NCBI GenBank assembly: GCA_038087875.1
Contig: CM075989.1
Location: forward strand, 24,244,001-24,308,000
Origin: Malacoraja senta
Taxonomy: Eukaryota
Length of the DNA: 64,000 bases
Direction: 5' to 3'
The notes below the pieces were generated by a model, which worked only from the letters and a program-made list of their open reading frames with translations, had not been told where the DNA came from and searched no databases. A program made the translations under genes and the position numbers. This document shows positions 61,005 through 64,000 of the stretch, one piece after another. Positions within the stretch are counted from its first letter, which is position 1; every line of letters starts with the position of its first letter.

Positions 61005-61340
61005 AAACATAGAAAATAGGTGCAGGAGTAGGCCATTCGGCCCATCGAGCCAGCACCGCCATACAAAGTTTTGTCTCACCTCAGTCCTAAATGGCCTACC
61101 CCTTATTCTTAAACCGTGACCTTTGGTTCTGGACTCCCCCAACATCGGGAACATTTTTCCTGCATCTAGCCTGTCCAATCCCTTAATAATGTTATATGTT
61201 TCTATGGGATCCCCTCTCATCCTTCTAAATTACAGTGGATACAAGCCCAGTTGATCCATTCTTTCATCATATGTCAGTCCCGCCATCCTGGCAATTAGCC
61301 TGGTAAACCTACGCTGCACTCCCTCAATAGCAAGAATGTC
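61005..61340 (-). mobile_element. CR1-clade LINE 3' fragment starting 14 nt after an exon end
   Basis: DILAIEGVQRRFTRLI...MRGDPIETYNIIKGLDRLDAGKMFPMLGESRT. Confidence 0.85.
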
Positions 61341-61377
61341 TGGTGCCCAGGGCCAGAGTTGCTGAGGTCGGTTTTTT

Positions 61378-61682
61378 TGTTTTAGAGATACAGCGAGGAA
61401 ACAGGCCCTTCGGCCCCCCGGGTCTGTGCCGACCAACGATCCCCGCACATTAACACCATTCTACACCCTCTAGGGACAATGTTTACATTTACCAAGCCAA
61501 CTAACCTACAAACCTCTACATCTTTGGAGTGTGGGAGGAAACCGAAGATCTCGGAGAAAACCCACGCAGGTCACGGGGAGAACGTACAAACTCCGTACAG
61601 ACAGCACCCGTAGTCAGGATCGAACCTGCGTCTCCGGCGCTGTGAGCGCTGTAAGGCAGCAACTCTACCGCTGCGCCACCGT
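61378..61682 (-). mobile_element. V-SINE (HE1-like)
   Basis: Family consensus on the minus strand. Confidence 0.85.
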
Positions 61683-62778
61683 AACCACCATAGTGGCGGG
61701 GGGCGGCGGGGGGCGGCGGGCGGAGCTTAGAGTCCGTGCCGTGACTTTCAGTTTAGTTTATTGCCACTCGGAATGAATCAATCAGAATAAATCCAAATCT
61801 TGCATCGGATCCCATCATTTAGCTGGAAAGATACAGGAGGATGTTGCCAGGATTGAGAGTCTGAGCCTTGGGGAGACGATGAACAGGCTAGCACTTTAGT
61901 TCAGTCAGATTTGTTTATTGTCACGTGTACCGAGGTACAGTGAAAACGTTTTGTTGCGAGCTAACCAGTCAGCGGAAAGACTATACGTGATTGCAATCGG
62001 AGCCATTTACACAGGGGTGGAAACCCCAGGGGGGCCAGAGGGGACACGTTCCCCCCATGTTTTGATAGCAAGTTCCGCTCTTGCATTTACAGTGTACAGA
62101 TACACGATAAGGGAATAATGTTTAGTGCAAGGTAAAGCCAGTAAAGTCCGATCAAAGGTAGTCCGAGGGTCTCCAGTGAGGTAGACAGTAGTTCCGGACC
62201 GCTCTCCGGTTGTGGTAGGATGGTTCAGTTGCCTGATTGTCATGTCGATGCTGCTCGCGGCTAATAATGTTTAATGTCCGTGCCAAATCCTCACAATGTC
62301 TACTTTGCAGGGCCTTTTATAGCCAGCCAACAAAGCAATTAACAAACTGTTACAGACAGTTTTAAATGCGAGAAGTTAGAAGGAGTAAGTGAGTTGCTGA
62401 GTCTGCAGTTTTATAACTGAGATAAAGTTATAAAATGTGGACGTGAAGTAAATCAAAACCTTGCAAATCCAGATTAGCATTTATATTGGCACCGTTTCGT
62501 TCAGAGTTCAAGAGACTGGTCCCTGCTATATAAACCTGTAAATCTGTAAATCAGACCCTATTAAAAACGTTTCACCAGAAAATAAATCAGGGTGGGTGTG
62601 ACGGGGTTTGTCATGTTGCTGCTGGGCCATGCCCTGATGTCACTACAATCTCATCTACACCAGCGCCAACTTACAAAAGGCACAAGCATGATCTCCTAGC
62701 ATTGGGAGCATTGCAGTGCCTCACCCTCTCTTCTTCCAGCACTGTGGCACCCAGCACTAAGGCAACATGTGTTTTGGT

Positions 62779-63011
62779 GATAGACATAAAAAGCTGGAAT
62801 AACTCAGCGGGACGGGCAGCATCTCTGCAGAGAAGGAATGGGTGACGTTTTGGGTTGAGACCCTTCTTCAGACTGATCAGGCTGAAGAAGGGTCTCGACC
62901 CAAAACCTCATCCATTCCTTCTCTCCAGAGATGCTGCCTGTCCCGCTGAGTTCCTACAGCATTTTGTGTCTATCTTTGGTTTAAACCAGCATCTGCAGTT
63001 CCTTCCAACAC
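62779..63011. repeat. Inverted pair of Penelope-derived repeats
   Basis: Arms joined by cagactgatcaggctg. Confidence 0.85.
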
Positions 63012-63309
63012 AATCCATATCCCTCGAAGGGCCGAATGGCCTCCACCTGCACCTATTTTCTATATCTGTGTGTTTATCGAAAAATCTCTTAAACACCACT
63101 ATCATATCAGGGCCTTCCAGGCTCTCACCACTTAATGTGTAAAAAAACGTAATCCACACATCTCCTTTAAACATTGCCCCTCTCACCTTAACGCTATGCC
63201 CTCTAGTCTTTGACATCTCTACCCAGGAAAAAAGGTTCTGACTGTCTACCCCATCGATACTTCTCATTATTTATCTTAAGTTTTTTATACAAATATATCC
63301 CGATTCGAA

Positions 63310-63620
63310 TGTGGGAGGGTCTAGGACTAGATGTCACAGCCTCAGAATAAAAGGATGTTCCTTTAGGAAGTTGCGGAGGAATTTATTTAGTCAGAGGGTG
63401 GTGAATCTGTGGATTTCATTGCCACAGAAGGCTGTGGAGGCCAGGTCAGTGGATATATTTAAGGCTGAGATTGCTAGATTCTTCATTAGTACGGGTGTCA
63501 GAGGTGATGGGGAGAAGGCAGGAGAAAGAGGTTGAGAGGGAAAGATAGATCAGCCATGATTGAATGGCGGAGTAGACTTGATGGGCCGAATGGCCTAATT
63601 CTGCTCCTATCACTTATGAA
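63310..63620 (+). mobile_element. CR1-clade LINE 3' fragment
   Basis: RRNLFSQRVVNLWISLPQKAVEA; ends about 30 nt before the last exon acceptor. Confidence 0.85.
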
Positions 63621-63652
63621 TACTCTAAATTGATTTTTTTTCTCTCCCGCAG

Positions 63653-63703
63653 TGATGGCTTCAAGCAACTGGCAATTTACGACCACTTCCAGCCACTTCC
63701 ACG
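63653..63703 (+). CDS. ADAMTSL3: ADAMTSL3 small coding exon (51 nt, phase 2/2): (S)DGFKQLAIYDHFQPLP(R)
   Basis: Strong polypyrimidine tract ttttttttctctcccgcAG (AG at 63651-52), donor GTaggt at 63704. DGFK....YDHFQPLP matches ADAMTSL3. Not in the ORF track. Confidence 0.93.
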
Positions 63704-64000
63704 GTAGGTCCAACATCGTACAGCAGCCTGGGGCAGCACAGTCACCTCTGTCAAACATTAGAGTGATATAATGCCACTACCAATAACCCGGTTACAAAGC
63801 TAGTTAGTTTTAGGTCCAAAGCAAACAAGAATTGTTGTTGTTATCGGAAGTATTTTGATGGTAACATTCTTTTTCTCCATTAAGATATTTATTCATTCTT
63901 AAATCTTTATGCAGAAATATTAATTCGCAGTGAATCACTTCAGTAATTTAGTTTTTTTTCCCCAATTATCTTTTCTTCTTGCTTACCTGACTTCACAGGA

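Noticed and set aside
10565..63703. Assignment to the paralogue ADAMTSL1 or to a catalytic ADAMTS protease
   Set aside because: Motifs GQSKSH, GPAHL, IESKTLQG, ENTTVEF, QPISHQW, CTVTCGG and YDHFQPLP fit ADAMTSL3 better as I recall the sequences, and no metalloprotease exon is seen. Reciprocal BLAST and synteny would settle it.
429..63758. Most ORF-track entries (e.g. ...RDAACPAELLQHFVS..., ...GAVCTEFVRSPRD...)
   Set aside because: Recurrent translations of SINE, Penelope and CR1 repeats or chance ORFs; not host genes.

Overview
Eukaryotic (vertebrate) genomic DNA, most likely a cartilaginous fish (skate/ray/shark), inferred from abundant HE1-type V-SINEs and partner CR1/HER1-like LINE tails. 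The window lies inside one + strand gene, ADAMTSL3 (punctin-2). Seven consecutive GT-AG coding exons (10565-10801, 26103-26229, 30515-30589, 50585-50742, 58801-58912, 60853-60991, 63653-63703; 899 nt) splice in frame and encode the end of TSR1, the cysteine-rich and spacer modules and TSR2. The gene start and end are outside the window. The introns are packed with transposon relics: V-SINEs, CR1, Rex1/Babar, L2, Tx1 and RTE fragments, PIF/Harbinger-like MITEs and a Penelope-like (GIY-YIG) element. The most notable signal is a minimal hammerhead-ribozyme-like motif (CUGAAGA-A-GGGU[CUCG/UUCG]RCCC-GAAAC-GUH) in the Penelope 3' end. It recurs in more than 25 short derivatives: ~90-115 nt insertions with target-site duplications, head-to-head inverted pairs, and 66-nt tandem arrays. 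Together these look like a retrozyme-like, non-autonomous Penelope-dependent family. Repeat boundaries are approximate, the repeat list is representative rather than exhaustive, and no database searches were run.
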